Shown: positions 61,215-64,000 of the stretch, piece by piece
Numbering within the stretch: the first letter of the stretch is position 1
How the letters are laid out: every line of letters begins with the position of its first letter
Assembly: GCA_964270895.1 (NCBI GenBank)
Contig: OZ185443.1
DNA from: Podarcis filfolensis
Lineage: Eukaryota
Strand: one strand, 5' to 3'
DNA length: 64,000 nt
Program-made: the position numbers and the translations under genes
Notes under the pieces: model-generated
Database searches by the model: none
What the model was told of the DNA's origin: nothing
Seen by the model: the letters and a program-made list of their open reading frames with translations, nothing else

Positions 61215-63780
61215 CATTCAGACCACAGCCTTTAATAAAAAGCTAATGCTATTAATATGTATTAAGTCCTCTTGTGTGTTTATGTACGTATCTTTGTTAT
61301 TAGTGTTAAGCTTCCATCTTGAGGTATAGGAATTTGGGTATCTGGGACAAGGAGGTTATGTGCAGAATGAGCATGAGAGCATACAGTGTGAAGTGATACA
61401 GTTTTTCAACTGTTTTAGAGGTGTCTCTGCCCCTTTAAAATTCTGAAGATCTTAAATCTGCCTTTTTAAGCCTCTGCATCCTACTAGCTGTGGCATGCCA
61501 AACACCTACTTTTACAAGCTTGCTAATGCTGCCTGTAGCAGGACTTGTAGATCTTGTTGTGACTCATGTTATAGTTACACTGGAGTGTAAATTCCAGCAC
61601 AGCAGTTCAGAGTACAGATGGGAAATGTGCCTTCTTATAATTGTTGTACTAATTATGACTAGTCAAGACTGAGGCCCCACTTTGTTAGGTGTTATGCAAA
61701 CTTAACCAAACACCAGATTTGCACACCTAAGTTATTTTGTTTTATTTTTGGAAAATGCTTGGTGGTGACACGTGCTGTATAATTTTAGCCCGTTTTCTTT
61801 CTGTCTTAGAAATCATCTCTTAAAAATAGCCTTGTTATTCTGAGGGGGCTAGTTTTTGTGACTATGCTTGGTTTGGTAGGATTTCATTTCTGAACCGTCT
61901 AGGGACTCCACTAGCTGAGATTTTAGCTGCAAAAGAATAGCATAAAGATTGCTGGGCTGGATCAAATGAAAAGACCAGCATTCAGTGTCCAGACAGATGA
62001 CTTCAGAAGTTCACAACAAGGCATGAAGATGAAAATCGAAGGGAGCTGATAATTGGAAGTAGTTGATAATCAGAGATATACTGCCTTTGAAGCTGGATGT
62101 TCAATTTAGCTATTGGATAGATTTGTCCTCCTTAAAATTTGGCTTTCCTAATTGCCCATTGAGGTTATGTTGAAGGAAGGAAAAATGAAATACAAACAGA
62201 AGAACTGGATAACAAAAGGGAGATTGTATCGCTATGCAGATAGCAAATGACAGTTCTCTCCCAAGGTCTGGACAAGACAACTTTGTTGCCTCCCCATAAG
62301 AGTACTGCTGAAGCCAATTGCTTTCACAGTCACCAAGAAGTGAGACTCAAATATACTTAAATTATCTCAAAGGTGTCCAATTTGTGACTAGTGCCGCAGT
62401 GACTAGAGTCAGCAAGCTACTCCTCTGCAGCTTGTTACAATTTGTATTGTATTGTTACAATTTGTATTTCCACTTGTGCCTTGATTTCAGAGCCCCTTGT
62501 ATGCTTCAAGAAGCATATTAGGACACTTATACATACTAGGCTGCCCCTTGCCTTCCCTGGAATGGAATAGTTGCAAACCTTCAGGGAGATCTCCCTTCTG
62601 TTGATGTGAGTGTTTCTTGGATCTGCACAATGGAGCAAAACTGCTGGGTGGGTCTGCACACTGTTTAGGTTGTTGTAACTCCTGCACATATACCTTTTGA
62701 TTGCTATTTGTGTAAATCAAACATATTTGGATGTGCTGCAGAGGGAAATACATATCGACAGAGTATTTTAAAGTTCAAACATTCTTTCAGGGAATTGGCA
62801 CTCCATACCTAAATATTTGTGCAATTGCAATCCATTCTTTATCACAGTTCCCTTGACTGAGTATATGTTAGGCAGACCTCACCTTTATGAGCTGGGCAGC
62901 TGTCCAAGGCTTGTGGCTTTTGTCCTCAATAAATTGTTAAATGGAACATGCCAGAGGTGGTGCAAAAGTTCATCTGTTCTGTGTGAGTTCTGTTTCAAGT
63001 CTTTACACGCATGTTGGAAATTCCAGGAAAACCAGTCCTAAAGGCTTTTTTTTTTTGGTCTGCATTTTTGGGGTTAACTTGATAGAAGGGAAGAAGTAAA
63101 AGGGAGTGAACTATTGTGAGGGCAGTGAAGTATCCTGCTCGATAATTAAATAAGTTTTAGCATAGATTTCCCCCCCAAGATTCACAAGCTTAGCCGTTAG
63201 GACTCTGTTCTAATTTAGAGGGAGTTATGGCTATAAATCCCCTTTGAAAAGAGATTAGGTAACCCTTGGTTTCAGAGAGAAGAATGAGTAATTTGGAGGA
63301 GGAAAAGCCAAAGGAAATTGAAGCTATGAGCTTGAATTAACTCTGAAAGTTAATTCTGGCGTTCCAGGCGAACGGGTAATTAGAGGTGTGCTTGACCAAA
63401 CAGTTGGACATTTTGCTTAAAAGGAAATTAAAATAAAGGACGCATGACACCCGCAAAAGACAAAAGGCAGGCTTTAAATATGATTAAGGTACAAGGAATG
63501 ATACGCCTGTTTTGAAATGGAGTATGAGCACCCAGAGGTCTAAAAGCAGGGAAGGAGAACCAGTAGCCCTCCACAGTGGCTGGCAGGGCAATGCAGGTGG
63601 GGCTGTGTGATTGTTCTTCTGGCTTCCCAATACGGTGCTTTACTCTCATTTACCGGAAGGGGCAAGGCGCTTGGTGTGGCTTGCAGTGGCAGAAGTGTTG
63701 GATTAACTCTGGTGCCATGAATTTGTGGGATGTAACATAAGCAATCTAGTACAACACTTCCTGTTTGCCCGGAGTGGACA

Positions 63781-64000
63781 TGTAAGGGAGTGTTACTCCA
63801 GCCTGGGGGGCTTCCTGTCACACCTGGTCTGGAGCTTCCTCCACCTGCGTGTGAGCAGGTAGATGGGCATGACCCTGGGAGACCCCATAAAAGGTCACAC
63901 AGCCTTCCTCCTCCTCCTCCTCCTCCTCCTCCTCCTCCTCCTCCTCCTCCTCCTCCTCCTCTTCTTCTTCTCCTCCTCCTCCTCCTCCTCCTCCTCCTTC
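63781..64000 (+). mobile_element. Probable LTR 5' portion, truncated by the window edge
   Basis: Starts TGTAAGGG, with TATA-like CATAAAA at 63886-63892. The right end and TSD are not visible. Confidence 0.45.
63903..64000. repeat. (CCT)n/(CTT)n pure pyrimidine tract
   Basis: Seen directly; runs off the window. Confidence 0.97.

Larger units (their letters stand above)
53897..64000 (+). other. PCDH7: PCDH7 downstream intron (runs off the right edge)
   Basis: Begins GTAGGG. The expected next exon (DSRPLPDVALTGKCTREC...) was not found in the window. Confidence 0.75.

Noticed and set aside
53897-64000. Next PCDH7 exon (DSRPLPDVALTGKCTREC...)
   Set aside because: Not found by eye or in the ORF track; presumably beyond the window.
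1-64000. CRISPR array, prokaryotic operon, or genuine tRNA/rRNA genes
   Set aside because: No regular repeat-spacer array. The tRNA-like segments are SINE heads, and the sequence is vertebrate intron.

Overview
Vertebrate genomic DNA, inferred to be a squamate and most likely a lacertid lizard from its repeats (Sauria SINEs, BovB and lacertid-type MITEs). The only host coding sequence I can support is one internal exon of protocadherin-7 (PCDH7) on the + strand, 53680-53896. It encodes the PP1-binding RRVTF motif and has an in-frame alternative donor after 53872. The rest is inferred to be PCDH7 intron with two N gaps. It is densely filled with transposon relics: solo LTRs with TSDs, hAT and Tc1/mariner MITEs, RTE/BovB, L2, CR1, an L1-tailed element, CCHC-ending LINE ends, SINEs and a Penelope terminal fragment. 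The most notable signals lie just upstream of the exon. One is a sense-strand minimal type I hammerhead ribozyme motif (52439-52478). The other is a hAT-MITE-centred tandem duplication plus inversion (52978-53648), which creates a long hairpin and a competing pairing next to the 3' splice site. Also of note are an L1-tailed non-autonomous element with an unrecognised ORF, nested beside a perfect 25-bp MITE hairpin; five LTRs all in sense orientation; and an inverted SINE pair. All family names come from recalled motifs, not database searches, and repeat ends without TSDs are approximate.
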